Counted from the first letter of the stretch, positions 39,035 to 49,481 are shown. The stretch is DNA of 64,000 bases from Dehalococcoidia bacterium (GCA_965219085.1 OZ244720.1:928001-992000); one strand, 5' to 3'. Notes: generated from the letters alone by a model not told the origin. Numbers and translations: made by a program.

Positions 39035-39799
39035 ATGGACCTTGAGCTTGCCGGACGTTCGGTCATCGTCACCGGCGCGAGCCGCGGCATCGGCCTGTCG
39101 ATCGCCGAGGCGTTCGCCGCCGAGGGCGCGCGGCTGACGATCTGCGCCCGCGGCGCCGATGGCCTCGAGGCCGCTCGCGCGCGGCTCGCCGAGGGCGGCG
39201 CGGACGTGATCGGCGTGCAGGCCGACATCATGGACGAGGGCGACTGCGCCCGCGTCGTCGACGCGGCGGTCGAGGCCTACGGGGGCGTCGACGCGCTGGT
39301 GAACAACGCCGGCGGCCGCGCCGGTGAGGGCGGCGCCGAGGCGGTGCTGCGCGGAACCATCGAGGCCAACGCGGTGTCGGCGTTCCGGCTCGCGGAGCTG
39401 GCGAGGCCGCACCTCGCGGCGGCGCCGAACGGCGGGGCGATCGTCAACATCTCGTCGATCTACGGTCGCGAGAGCGGCGGCGGCGTGGCGTACAACGCCG
39501 GCAAGGCGGCGCAGATCGCGATCTCGAAGGCGCTCTCGCGCGAGTGGATCGCGGACGGGATCCGCGTCAACAGCGTCGCGCCCGGCTCGATCGCGTTCGA
39601 GGGTGGCTCGTGGGGCCGCCGTCTGCGCGACGACCCGGACGGGATGGCGCGCTTCATTAGGCAGGAGATTCCCGGCGGCCGCTTCGGCCGCCCTCAGGAG
39701 GTGGCGGCGGTGGTGGTGTTCCTCGCCTCGCCGCGCGCCTCGTGGGTGCTCGGCGCGACGGTCAACGTCGACGGCGGGCAGTCGCGGTCGAACATCTAG
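39035..39799 (+). CDS. SDR-family oxidoreductase
   Basis: VTGASRGIG, LVNNAG, NISS, YNAGK, RVNSVAPG, VDGG. Confidence 0.92.
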   Translation: MDLELAGRSVIVTGASRGIGLSIAEAFAAEGARLTICARGADGLEAARARLAEGGADVIGVQADIMDEGDCARVVDAAVEAYGGVDALVNNAGGRAGEGGAEAVLRGTIEANAVSAFRLAELARPHLAAAPNGGAIVNISSIYGRESGGGVAYNAGKAAQIAISKALSREWIADGIRVNSVAPGSIAFEGGSWGRRLRDDPDGMARFIRQEIPGGRFGRPQEVAAVVVFLASPRASWVLGATVNVDGGQSRSNI

Positions 39800-39845
39800 G
39801 GCTGCCCCTCGCGGGTGTACCTCGCGGGGGTACAGGGAGGAAGCA

Positions 39846-40256
39846 ATGCGGTTCACACGCGCGGATCTGCCGGGCATCCTGATCGCGGTCCTGGCCGGGC
39901 CGCTGCTGATGCTGCTGTTCCTGGCGGCGTTCGAGGCGTGGGGCCACCGTGGCACGCCGCTGCTCGGCGGGATGGGCTCCAATCTCGGCATCGCCGTCGG
40001 CCTCGCCGCCGTCTTCTCGCGGTTCATCCGCAAGTGGGACTGGCCGCTCGCCTTCGTCGGCGTGATCCTCATCTCCATCGCCTCGGTCTACTGGGCGCAG
40101 CAGAGCGGCAACGACGGCACGAAGATCGCCACGGCGCTGAAGTGGCTCGGCGTGATCGGCTTCGTCGGCCTCAACATCGCCGTCGTCTGGCAGATCCTCA
40201 TCAACGGCATCTGGCCGCTCGTCGAGCGCTTCGAGGCGCGGCGCGCCGCCGACTAG
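39846..40256 (+). CDS. Hypothetical membrane protein, 136 aa
   Basis: SD GGGAGG then ATG 39846; about four TM segments. Confidence 0.75.
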   Translation: MRFTRADLPGILIAVLAGPLLMLLFLAAFEAWGHRGTPLLGGMGSNLGIAVGLAAVFSRFIRKWDWPLAFVGVILISIASVYWAQQSGNDGTKIATALKWLGVIGFVGLNIAVVWQILINGIWPLVERFEARRAAD

Positions 40257-40266
40257 CGCTCACTAC

Positions 40267-41250
40267 ATGCCCGAGGTCATCCAAGCCGGCGCGCCTGCCG
40301 CCTCCCGGCAGCACCATGTCGCGCTCTCGATGCTCGCGGGCTGGATGGGCGAGCGCTTCTTCCGCACGTTCCGCCCACGCCTCGACGAACCGACCGCCTT
40401 CGACGCCCTCATCGGACGCCGCGAGGCGCGCATCGGCGTGACCCTGGCGCTGTTATGGGGCGACGATCCAGCGCCGCACGCGCCCCAGCTGGAGTCGCAG
40501 CTCAACGCGGACCTCGAGGGCGACCCCGGCGCGTACGCGCTGTGGGTGCCGCCGGGCGGGGAGCTGCCCGACGGCGAGCCGGGCCTCTCCTCGCTGCGGC
40601 TCGCGGCCGGGCGCGGCTTTGGCGGGCTCGAACCCGCGCAGCGCCGCGAAATGCGGCTGCCCGTCACGCTCGCCCTCGCGAAGGTGGACGCCGAGGGCGC
40701 CTACGTCTCCGTCACCGGCCCCCTCGCCGCCGAGTGGACCACGCTGTCCGAGGGCATCGACGGCGCGTACCACCTCGACGCCCGCGCGCTGCGCCGCATG
40801 CCCGAGGAGCGTGCCGAGCTCGACATCGTCCTGACGCGCATCCGCGACCTCGCCGCCGTGCTCAACGTGGAGGAGGTCGCCCCGGCCGAGGTGCACGACT
40901 ACTGGCTCGTTTCCCGCCTCCCGCTCGACGAGCCACGCGGCGCGACGGTGTTCGGCGCGTCGCCGGCGTTCGACCCCCTCGACGGCGCCGTGGTGCGCCG
41001 CGAGCTGCGCAGGCAGCTGCGTCGCGCCGACGAGCAGCGCGAAGCGGCGCAGGCCGCCGGCGAGGAGGTCGAGATGACGGCCGTGCTGATCGGCGCGCCG
41101 CTCGCGCACATCGCCGAGGAGATCGTGACGGCGGCGCTGCGCGGGATGAGCCCGACGGCGTACGGCGGCTCGGACCTCATCGCGCTCGTCGCGGACGGGT
41201 CGGTGCGCCAGGTCTTGCAGCCGCGCTCACTGCCCTGGGAGGCGCGCTAA
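40267..41250 (+). CDS. Hypothetical protein, 327 aa
   Basis: Long ORF with host-like codon usage, in operon position; no motif recognised. Confidence 0.7.
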   Translation: MPEVIQAGAPAASRQHHVALSMLAGWMGERFFRTFRPRLDEPTAFDALIGRREARIGVTLALLWGDDPAPHAPQLESQLNADLEGDPGAYALWVPPGGELPDGEPGLSSLRLAAGRGFGGLEPAQRREMRLPVTLALAKVDAEGAYVSVTGPLAAEWTTLSEGIDGAYHLDARALRRMPEERAELDIVLTRIRDLAAVLNVEEVAPAEVHDYWLVSRLPLDEPRGATVFGASPAFDPLDGAVVRRELRRQLRRADEQREAAQAAGEEVEMTAVLIGAPLAHIAEEIVTAALRGMSPTAYGGSDLIALVADGSVRQVLQPRSLPWEAR

Positions 41251-41762
41251 CCCCCGCCCAGCGCCTCCGCGACCGCGCCGACGAGGTCACCCCCGGCGTC
41301 GGCGGCGACCACCACAACACCTCGAGGGCCCCACTCGGCGCCGAGCGCCTCGGCGCCTGCGAGTAGCGCGGCGTCGCCATCCGCGGACATCGGCAGCACC
41401 ACCACGCCCGCGCCGCGCGCGGCCATGCGCTCGGTCGCAGCCGCAACGAGTACGTCCGGCGAGTCGGCGGGCGGCAGCGGTGCGATCACGGCGTCGAGGG
41501 GCACGAGCTCGGCCTCGAGGCCGTCGAGCGCCGCGGCGACGGCCGACGCGTCGGTGAGGTCGAGGGTGAGCGCGCGGCCCTCGCGACCGAACGTCCAGCA
41601 CTCGTTGAGGATCGAGTTGGCCGTGACCTCGTCGGCGAGTTCGGCGTGGCGCGTCGTCACGCTCACGGCGGCGCCGGCCTCCGCGAGCGCGACGGCGAGC
41701 GCGCGCCCGTCCGGCTCGCCCACGCCCGCAACGAGGACGTGACGCCCGTCGAGGGCGTTCAC
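41247..41762 (-). CDS. Short, degenerate SDR-fold protein
   Basis: LDGRHVLVAGVGEPDGRALA..LAEAGA.V, LDLTD...V...L; no YxxxK motif. Confidence 0.6.
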   Translation of the reverse strand: MNALDGRHVLVAGVGEPDGRALAVALAEAGAAVSVTTRHAELADEVTANSILNECWTFGREGRALTLDLTDASAVAAALDGLEAELVPLDAVIAPLPPADSPDVLVAAATERMAARGAGVVVLPMSADGDAALLAGAEALGAEWGPRGVVVVAADAGGDLVGAVAEALGGG

Positions 41763-42514
41763 GGCGCGTCGGCCGCGGAGAACACGCGACCCGTTACCTC
41801 CTCGGCCGCGCTCGATGCGAGACGCACCGCGAGACGCGCGAGGGCGTCCGCCTCGGCCTCGTCGGCGTCGGCGATGGCGTTGGCGAGGTTGCCGGCCGTT
41901 GGGTCGAAGGCCACGGCGCCGCGCAGCAGCGTGGTGATCGCCACGTCCGGTTCGTCGTGCTCGGTCGTGAGCGTGCGCGCCAGGCCGAGCGTGGCGGCGC
42001 AGGCGAGGGCGTACACGCCCGCGCCGGCCGCGGGCCGGTGGCCGAGCGCGTGGGTCACGATCAACAGGTTGCCCCGTCCACCCCGTCGGAACTCGCCGAA
42101 CGCCGCGCGCGCCACGTAGGCGTGGGCGTAGCAGTTCATCGTCATCGCCTGCGCGAGCTGCATCTCGGAGGTGTCGGCGAGCGCCTGCGGCATCGGGTCG
42201 TCAGCCGCGCTGACGACGATGTCGAGGCCGCCGAGCTCCTTCGCCACCTGCCGGGTGGTGACGCGGGCGTTCTGGCCGAGCGTGACGTCCATCGCGTAGG
42301 TCATCGCCGTGCGGCCGAGCTCGCGCAGCTCGCGCTGGAGCCGCCGGGCAACCAGGACGCCCTCGTCGGGCCGCATCACGGCGAGCGCCACGTCCGCGCC
42401 AGCCGCGCCGAGCGCCGAGGCGATCGCGGTGCCGGTGGTCGTCTCGACGCCGACGACGAGCGCCTTGCGGCCGGCGAGCGGCGCGTCGGTGGGCTGCGTG
42501 TCGGCGTTCGTCAT
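41759..42514 (-). CDS. Atypical SDR-fold protein
   Basis: LAGRKALVVG....GTAIA..L..AGADV, GGLDIVV; the catalytic segment reads YALAC (no Lys). Confidence 0.7.
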   Translation of the reverse strand: MTNADTQPTDAPLAGRKALVVGVETTTGTAIASALGAAGADVALAVMRPDEGVLVARRLQRELRELGRTAMTYAMDVTLGQNARVTTRQVAKELGGLDIVVSAADDPMPQALADTSEMQLAQAMTMNCYAHAYVARAAFGEFRRGGRGNLLIVTHALGHRPAAGAGVYALACAATLGLARTLTTEHDEPDVAITTLLRGAVAFDPTAGNLANAIADADEAEADALARLAVRLASSAAEEVTGRVFSAADAP

Positions 42515-42550
42515 CGTCGCTCCCGTCCGTTGTCCATCGTAGCGGCCGGG

Positions 42551-43378
42551 CTACAGCGCACCCGTGGCCACGCCGGCGAGCACAGCCGCGCCGAGGGCGA
42601 AGCGGTACCACACGAACACGGTGAGGCCGTGGCGGCGGAGGAAGCCGAGCAGCCCGCGGATCACGAGCATGCCTGCCGCCGCTGCCACCGCCGCGCCCAA
42701 CGCCATCGGACCCCAGTCGAAGTCGCCCGCGTGCCGGGTCGCGTCCGCGAGCAGCACCACGAACGAACCGAGCACGATCGGCGCCGAGAGGAGGAACGAG
42801 AAGCGCGCCGCGTCGTAGCGGCTCAGCCCCAGCGCCCGCCCCGCCGTGATCGTCGCTCCCGACCGCGACGTGCCCGGCACCAGCGCCAGCGCCTGTGCCG
42901 CGCCGATCCACAGCGCCCCCCGAGCGTCCACATCGTCGAACGGTCGATCGCTGCGGGCGCGTGTATCGACGACCCACATGAGCGCGCCGAAGCCGATGAG
43001 CATGATCGCGACCAAGAGCGGCTGCCGGAGGCCGTCCTCCATCGTGGCCTGCAGGACGGCTCCCGCAGCGGCCGCTGGAACCGAGGCGAGCGCGAGCAGC
43101 AGACCGAGCCGCCCTTGCCCGCGCCAGCGCCGCAGCGCCAGCCCGTGCATGCGCAGGTCGCGCAGTGCAGCCGCGCCGATCAGCCACCAGTCGCGGCGGA
43201 AGTAGACGAGCACGGCCACCGTCGTGCCGCCGTGCAGTGCCACGTCGTACGTGACGTCGTTCGCCTCGTCGCCCAGTAGCTCGGCCGCGAGCACGAGGTG
43301 ACCGGACGATGAGATCGGCAGGAACTCCGTCAGCGCCTGGATGACGCCGAACAACACGGCCCGCAGGTAGTCCTCCAC
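42551..43378 (-). CDS. uppP: Undecaprenyl-diphosphatase
   Basis: QALTEFLPISSSGH, ALHGGT, QALALVPGTSRSGATI, ARFSFLL. Confidence 0.95.
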   Translation of the reverse strand: MEDYLRAVLFGVIQALTEFLPISSSGHLVLAAELLGDEANDVTYDVALHGGTTVAVLVYFRRDWWLIGAAALRDLRMHGLALRRWRGQGRLGLLLALASVPAAAAGAVLQATMEDGLRQPLLVAIMLIGFGALMWVVDTRARSDRPFDDVDARGALWIGAAQALALVPGTSRSGATITAGRALGLSRYDAARFSFLLSAPIVLGSFVVLLADATRHAGDFDWGPMALGAAVAAAAGMLVIRGLLGFLRRHGLTVFVWYRFALGAAVLAGVATGAL

Positions 43379-43415
43379 CGGCGGCCTCGAGGCCCGGCGC
43401 CGCGCAGGCCGCGCG

Positions 43416-44261
43416 CTACAGGGCTTCCCAGCGGTACCCGCCCTCGACCTCGCGCACCTTGCCGAGGCTGAGGATCGGGAAGTGGCCGCCGCTCACGATC
43501 GCGTCGCGCTCCACGGCGAGCCGCGCCAGCTTCGCGCGCGACCGGCTCGTCTCCGCCTTGTCGAAGTCGACCCCCGGCACCCAGTCGTGGCGTTCGAGGT
43601 GGACCGGGTGGTGCGCCGCATCGCCGAGCAGTACGAGGTGCTCACCCTGCGAGGCGACCATCACGCTGACGTGGCCGGGCGTGTGCCCCGGCGTGGGGAT
43701 CAGCGTCACGTGGTCGCTCACTTCGTGCTCGCCCTCGGTCGTCTCGACGCGGCCGGCGGCGACGACGGGGTTGATGCGGTAGCGCGCCGCCTCGGCCAGC
43801 GGGTTGTCGTCGGCGGCGGGGCTGGTCCAGTACTCCAGCTCCGCGCGTGCGACGTAGAAGGTGGCGTTCGGGAAGGTCAGCGCGTCGTTGCGGGTTTCGT
43901 CGACGTTCCAGCCGGTGTGGTCCATGTGCAGGTGGGTGTGGATCACGATGTCGATGTCGTCGGGCGAGACGCCGAGCTCGGCGAGACGCTGCGGCAGCTC
44001 GCCGCCGCCGGGGACGCCCATCTCTCGCCCGGGCGGGCCGTAGCCCGTGTCGACCATCGTGTGGTGGCCGTCGCCGCGGATGAGGAACGTGCCGAAGTTG
44101 AACGGCACGGGATCGCTGGGCGCGGTGATGCCGATCGCCCGCGTCCACTCGTCGGGGTCGACCTCGTGGAAGAAGCCGTCCAGCTCGCGGTCGGGGGCGC
44201 CGTCGCTCAGCGCCGCGATGTCGAGACCGCCGATGGTGAAGCTCTCGCTCAGTCGTGACAT
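43416..44261 (-). CDS. MBL-fold metallo-hydrolase (YtnP/lactonase-like)
   Basis: VDTG.G, THLHMDHTGW, FPNA, TPGHTPGH, GDAAH, GHF. Confidence 0.88.
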   Translation of the reverse strand: MSRLSESFTIGGLDIAALSDGAPDRELDGFFHEVDPDEWTRAIGITAPSDPVPFNFGTFLIRGDGHHTMVDTGYGPPGREMGVPGGGELPQRLAELGVSPDDIDIVIHTHLHMDHTGWNVDETRNDALTFPNATFYVARAELEYWTSPAADDNPLAEAARYRINPVVAAGRVETTEGEHEVSDHVTLIPTPGHTPGHVSVMVASQGEHLVLLGDAAHHPVHLERHDWVPGVDFDKAETSRSRAKLARLAVERDAIVSGGHFPILSLGKVREVEGGYRWEAL

Positions 44262-44400
44262 GGGACTCCCTCGCCTGTCGTGACCCGTCTCGCGGGGCAG
44301 CATACCCGCCGCGAGGGCTCCATCGGGCAGGCCCGGCCGGTTGCCGCCTCGATCCGGCGAGCCTTACCATCAGAACGGCGCCGGCCTTGCCGGAGAACGG

Positions 44401-45348
44401 ATGACGTACGTGGCGACACCGATGGCGTTCCTGCGCGGCGAGTTCGTGCCGCTGGCCGAAGCCCGGATCAGCGTGATGACCCACGCCTTCAACTACGGCA
44501 CCGCCGTATTCGAGGGTGTCCGCGGCAACTGGAACGGCGACGAGCGCCAGCTCTACCTCTTCCGCCTGCGCGAGCACGTCGAGCGCCTGCGCCTCAGCGC
44601 CAAGATCATGCGCATGGCGCTGCACTACAGCGACGACGACGTTGTCTCGCTCATCGAGCAACTCGCCGAGCGCTCCGGCTACCAGGAAGACGTCTACATC
44701 CGGCCCATCGTCTACAAGGCCTCCGAGGTCCTCGGGGTGCGGCTCCACGACCTCGAGGATGACCTGGTGCTCTACATCGCCCCGTTCGGCGCCTACCTCG
44801 ACCCCGACGCCGGCGCGCGCTGCGTCACCTCATCCTGGCGGCGCGTCGACGACACCTCGATCCCGGCGCGCGCCAAGGTCACGGGGCTGTACGTCAACAA
44901 CGCCATGGCGAAGACCGAAGCCCAGTTGTCCGGGTTCGACGAGGCGATCCTGCTCAACCACGACGGCCACGTCTCCGAGGGCTCGGGCGAGAACATCGTG
45001 ATCATCCGTAACGGCAGGCTCATCACCCCGCCCCCGCACGACAACATCCTCGAAGGCATCACGCTCGACACCGTGCTGCAGATGGCGACCGAAGACCTCG
45101 GCCTCGACGTCGAGGCGCGCACCATCGACCGCAGCGAGCTCTACATCGCGAGCGAGGTCTTCATGACCGGCACCGCCGCGCACGTGACGCCGGTCACCGA
45201 GGTCGACCGCGTGCCGATCGGCGACGGGCAGCCCGGCCCGATCACCAAGCAGTTGCAGGCGCGCTACTTCAACGCCATCACCGGACGCATGCCGCAGTAC
45301 ACCGACTGGCTCACGCCCGTGTATTCGAGCGCGCCGGTACGGGCATGA
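44401..45348 (+). CDS. ilvE: Branched-chain amino acid aminotransferase
   Basis: HAFNYGTAVFEG.R, YIRP, RAK..G.Y, EGSGEN, ILEGIT, TGTAA. Confidence 0.93.
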   Translation: MTYVATPMAFLRGEFVPLAEARISVMTHAFNYGTAVFEGVRGNWNGDERQLYLFRLREHVERLRLSAKIMRMALHYSDDDVVSLIEQLAERSGYQEDVYIRPIVYKASEVLGVRLHDLEDDLVLYIAPFGAYLDPDAGARCVTSSWRRVDDTSIPARAKVTGLYVNNAMAKTEAQLSGFDEAILLNHDGHVSEGSGENIVIIRNGRLITPPPHDNILEGITLDTVLQMATEDLGLDVEARTIDRSELYIASEVFMTGTAAHVTPVTEVDRVPIGDGQPGPITKQLQARYFNAITGRMPQYTDWLTPVYSSAPVRA

Positions 45349-45395
45349 CCCTCGCGGCCATGCGCGCCGCTGTCTCGGCGCATCTCGCATAAGTC

Positions 45396-46292
45396 ATGCG
45401 GTACCAGCCCTCACGCGCGCTCGGGTTGCTCGTCGGGAGCGTGCTGGCGCTCTGGGCGGCGAGCATCGCGACCCTGCTGCTCAACTTCGGTGTGCAGTCC
45501 GGGATCGGCATCATCGGGTTCCTCGCGTACATCGGTGCGGCGGCCGCCGGCGTGCTCGCCGCGCTCTTCACGTACTGGAGCTACGCGCTGGCCACGCTCG
45601 CGTACGACCTCGACCGCAACGCACTCGTCGTGACGTGGGGCCTCACGCAGCAGGTGATCCCGCTCGACGCGATCGAGCGGCTCGTCCCGGGCACCGAGGT
45701 GAGCGAGACGCCCGTGCGGGGCGTCACGTGGTGGGGTTGCTACGTCGGCCGCGGCGAGAGCGAGGCCTTCGGGCCCGTGCTGTTCTACTCGACCGCGCAG
45801 TTCCCGGAGCAGGTGCTGTATGTCGTCACCACGGATCGCACCTACGCGCTGACGGTCGAGGACCCGGCCGACTTCGCGCGGCAGGTCGTGATCCGGCAAG
45901 AGCTCGGGCCCACCGCCAGTGTGACCCACCAGGTGCGGCATGCCGAGTTCGGCCTGCTCAGCATCATCGGCGACCGCATGGCGGTCGTGCTTGCCGTGCT
46001 CGCGGTGGCCGCCGGGACCGCCGTCTGGCTGCAGGTCGCCCTGCGCTACAGTTCGCTGCCGGAGACGTTTCACGCCTTCTTCCCGCCGGGACGTGAACCC
46101 CCCATCGGGGAGCTTGGCGGGCCCGCGAGCATCCTCGAGGCGCCACAGGCGGCCACCGCGGTGCTCGTGACCGGCCTCATCGCGGGCCTGGTGTTGCACC
46201 GCTGGGAGCGCGTCGCGGCACGGCTCGTGCTCGGCGTGTCCGTCGCGCTCCAGGCGCTGTTCATCGCCGCGACGGCGATCGCCATCGGCTGA
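45396..46292 (+). CDS. Membrane protein with bacterial PH-like domain
   Basis: Two N-terminal TMs, a Y.LD...L.V.WG.....IPL..I beta region, Y.LT.EDP..F, and C-terminal TMs. Confidence 0.65.
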   Translation: MRYQPSRALGLLVGSVLALWAASIATLLLNFGVQSGIGIIGFLAYIGAAAAGVLAALFTYWSYALATLAYDLDRNALVVTWGLTQQVIPLDAIERLVPGTEVSETPVRGVTWWGCYVGRGESEAFGPVLFYSTAQFPEQVLYVVTTDRTYALTVEDPADFARQVVIRQELGPTASVTHQVRHAEFGLLSIIGDRMAVVLAVLAVAAGTAVWLQVALRYSSLPETFHAFFPPGREPPIGELGGPASILEAPQAATAVLVTGLIAGLVLHRWERVAARLVLGVSVALQALFIAATAIAIG

Positions 46293-46331
46293 GCCCGGCC
46301 GCCGCGGCCTGACCGCAAGCGCGCCCGCCCC

Positions 46332-46371
46332 TACCATCGGGGCGAGGAGCGTACCATCGGGGCGAGGAGCG
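46332..46371 (+). repeat. Perfect 20-bp tandem duplication containing -10-like TACCAT and SD GAGGAG
   Basis: TACCATCGGGGCGAGGAGCG x2 immediately upstream of GTG 46377. Confidence 0.9.
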
Positions 46372-46376
46372 TACGC

Positions 46377-47591
46377 GTGGACACCGAGGTCGTGATCGTC
46401 GGAGCGGGGCCGGCGGGCAGCACCGCCGCGCGCGAGCTTGCCTCGCGCGGTGTCGACGTGCTCCTGCTCGAGCGCGCGAAGTTCCCCCGCGACAAGCCGT
46501 GCGGCGGCGCCGTCACCATTCACTGCGACGCGCTGCTCCCGTTCTCCCTGGACCCCGTGATTGAGGACGTCATCACGGGCGCCGTCATTCAGCTCCGCGA
46601 CGGCAAGGCCGTGACGCGTGACGCGGACGCACCGATCACCTACATGACCCAGCGCCGCCACCTCGACCGCTTCCTCGCCGAGCAGGCGCAGGCCGCGGGC
46701 GCCGAGCTCCAGGACGGCCGCCGCGTCGAACACATCGAGCAGACCCCCGACGGCTTCGACGTGCGCGTCGCCAACGGTCCGCCCAACGGCAGCCGCAACG
46801 GCGGCGACGTGATCCACGCCCGCGCCGTGCTCGGCGCCGACGGCGCCAACGGCGTCGTGCGCACCTTCCTCGGCTACGAGCACTTCGAGGAGAGCGGCGT
46901 GGCGCTCGAGGCCAACGTGCCGTTCCCCGACGGCGTCCCGCAGTGGCTGCGCGGCCGCATCGTGCTGCGGCTCGCCGCGATGCAGGGCGGCTACGGCTGG
47001 ATCTTCCCCAAGGGCGACCACGTCAACATCGGCGTCGGCGGCTGGAAGGCCGCCGCGGGCGCCGACCTGCGCCCGCAGCTCGAGTCGCTGTGCCGCGGCT
47101 ACGACATCGACCCGGCCAGCCTCGAGGGCATCCGCGGCCACCACCTGCCGATGCTGCGCCACGGCGCGGACCTCGCGGCGCGCGGATCGGCGCTGCTCGG
47201 CGACGCGGCCGGGCTCGTCGATCCGCTGTCCGGCGAGGGCATCTACGGCGCGATCGCCTCGGGCGTCGCCATCGCCCCGGTGGCCGAGGACTACGTGCGC
47301 GGCCGCGTCGACACGCTGGCCGGCTACCAGCGCGTGCTGGAGCGCGAGCTGCTGCCGGAGCTGGCTGTCTCGCACGGGCTGATGGAGGTCTTCCACCTCT
47401 GGCCGGGGCCGTTCGTGCGCTGGCTGCAGCACTCGGACCGCGTGTGGACGCACTGCATCCACCTCGCGCGTGGCGAAGAGACCTACCTCGACGTGTTGGC
47501 GGCGAGCGGCCCCGCCCGCCACATCGTGCATCCCCTCGGCCGCCTCGCCGGCGCGATCACGTCGCGGCGGTTGGGGCGGCCGCGGGCGTAG
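46377..47591 (+). CDS. Geranylgeranyl reductase-family FAD oxidoreductase
   Basis: VGAGPAGS, FPRDKPCGG, GADGANG, GYGWIFP, LGDAAGLVDPLSGEGI. Confidence 0.9.
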   Translation: MDTEVVIVGAGPAGSTAARELASRGVDVLLLERAKFPRDKPCGGAVTIHCDALLPFSLDPVIEDVITGAVIQLRDGKAVTRDADAPITYMTQRRHLDRFLAEQAQAAGAELQDGRRVEHIEQTPDGFDVRVANGPPNGSRNGGDVIHARAVLGADGANGVVRTFLGYEHFEESGVALEANVPFPDGVPQWLRGRIVLRLAAMQGGYGWIFPKGDHVNIGVGGWKAAAGADLRPQLESLCRGYDIDPASLEGIRGHHLPMLRHGADLAARGSALLGDAAGLVDPLSGEGIYGAIASGVAIAPVAEDYVRGRVDTLAGYQRVLERELLPELAVSHGLMEVFHLWPGPFVRWLQHSDRVWTHCIHLARGEETYLDVLAASGPARHIVHPLGRLAGAITSRRLGRPRA

Positions 47592-47644
47592 GCGAAGGCG
47601 CAGCGACGAATCTCAGGTGCGGTCGGAGCCCAACCGCCTCCAGA

Positions 47645-49353
47645 TCATTGCTCAGTCACGCTGGCGCTGAAATCGGAGCAACCCGACGCGTTGCAGGCCC
47701 GCACGACGTACGAGTTGTAGTACAGCACGTTCGGCCATTCATCGAGGTAGTACGTGCTCGTGACGGTCGCCTCATAGTCGAATTGCGTACCCGCCGCATG
47801 GTGGTGCACTTCGTACCAGGTCGCGCCTGGGACGGCATTCCAGTCCACCCTGATGTCGTCGGGCGCGAACGGAATGTCGATCTTAGTGAGTCGCAAACCG
47901 ATAGGCGCAGTCGGGATGGTGGGCGTGGGCACCGAGTTGGCGAGGCAGAACTCGTACGGCTCGGACCAATGCGTCGAAGTGCCCTGCTCAGCGATCTCGA
48001 GCTCATAGCAGCCTGAGCCGAGCGTGAGGAGCGCGTCCCACAGGTCCGCCTCGACGAAGTCTGCTCCCTGATCAATGCGGTACACGACATCGGCAAAGTC
48101 GACCACGTCTTCAGCCCAAACGTTCCACTGGCCATGCCTCGCGTCCAGACTCATGGAGCGGCTATGGCACTCGTCCACGTCGAGGTCCTCGGACGACTCA
48201 TACGTGCAGAAGGCGCTGATGGTCAGGGCACTCACGTCAGGCGTCGGCGCTGCGGGCGAACTGCCCGATGCGCCTGTACGAACCGACGGGAGCAGCGCCC
48301 GCACGCTGTCGGCGGCAAGCGCGTAGGCGACACCCTCGATGGCCTCGCCGACGAGCTTCGACTGAATCACTCCGATCACATCGCCGCAGAGATCTAGGAG
48401 TGGGCCACCACTATTCCCGGGGTTCGCAGGCGCATCGGTGCGGATGTACGTCTGCCCGTTCGTCGTGTATCGCTCGGAAACGATGCCCTGAGTCATTCCG
48501 GCAACGAGGGACTGCTGACCAGAGCCGTAGCCGAGCACCAGAGCCTCCGCGCCCGTGCTAGGAAGTTGCCCCCACGTCAGTGCTCCTGTGGTCGCCGCTG
48601 TAGCGGACAGCACCGCAAGATCTACATCGGCGCGCACGCCGACAACCCGCGCGGTCATGTCCAGGGTGGCGTTGGTCAGCCGCACGCTTGTTTCGCCCGT
48701 TACCACGTGCTCCGCGGTGACCCACTCCGAGCCACCGATGTAGAACGCCGTCCCGATGCTTCGGCCGGTACTCACAACCGCGACGCTGCTCGTCACCTCG
48801 GCCGCTGTCGCCTCTGCCGAACACGCCCCGGCAGGCGTCGGCGTGGGCGTGGGTGTGGCCGACGACGCGCTGACCGTCAGAGCTGAGCTCGCCAGCCACC
48901 GCCCAACCCTCGCGTTCGCCGGGAAGAAGCGCGCCGACGGCAGGCGCAGCTCAGCCCATGACCCGTCCGCGTCGCGCTCTTGCAGCGCGAACTCCATGCG
49001 ACCGTCCGCCAGCAGCTGCGCCGCGACACGTACCTCGACGCCTGCTTCCGCCGTCGCCGTGAGCATGCTGTCCGGCTCGGCCTCGACCGTGAGCGGTGAG
49101 CTCGACAGCCAGCGGCCGACGTCGGCGTCGCCGGGAAGAAGCGCGCTTGCGGCAGCCTGCGCTCAGCCCACGACCCGTCGGACTCGCGCTCCTGCAGGGC
49201 GAACTCCGTGCGGCCATCGGCGAGGCGCTGCGCGGCCACGCGCACCTCGACCTCGCCATCGACGCCCTGGGCCGCGGCCCCGCGCACGCCGAGCAGCGCG
49301 AGCACGAGGAGTGCCGCCATGACCGGCACGGCTCCGCGCCGAACGTCCGTCAT
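47645..49353 (-). pseudogene. Secreted S1C trypsin-like protease (signal peptide, two copies of an unknown domain, protease, Fn3-like), with one frameshift near 49128
   Basis: TAEH / DLAVL / NPGNSGGP catalytic triad; ORFs 48877..49353 and 47645..49066 join if one base is added; C-terminal V.W.AV.GA..Y...Y.VRACN..GCS. Confidence 0.75.
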
Positions 49354-49444
49354 GCGTCGATCCTGTCCGTAGTGTTTTACATACGTGAAGCTCGCGGAGC
49401 ATAAGAGGGCGGCCAGACCCGCTCAAGCCGCCGCTCTCCGCGTG

Positions 49445-49474
49445 TTGACGCTCGCGGGAAGGGGCGCGGATACT
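49445..49474 (+). promoter_or_regulatory. Sigma70-type promoter of the ilvBNC leader
   Basis: TTGACG-18 nt-GATACT, with ATG 7 nt downstream. Confidence 0.6.
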
Positions 49475-49481
49475 GTCCGCC

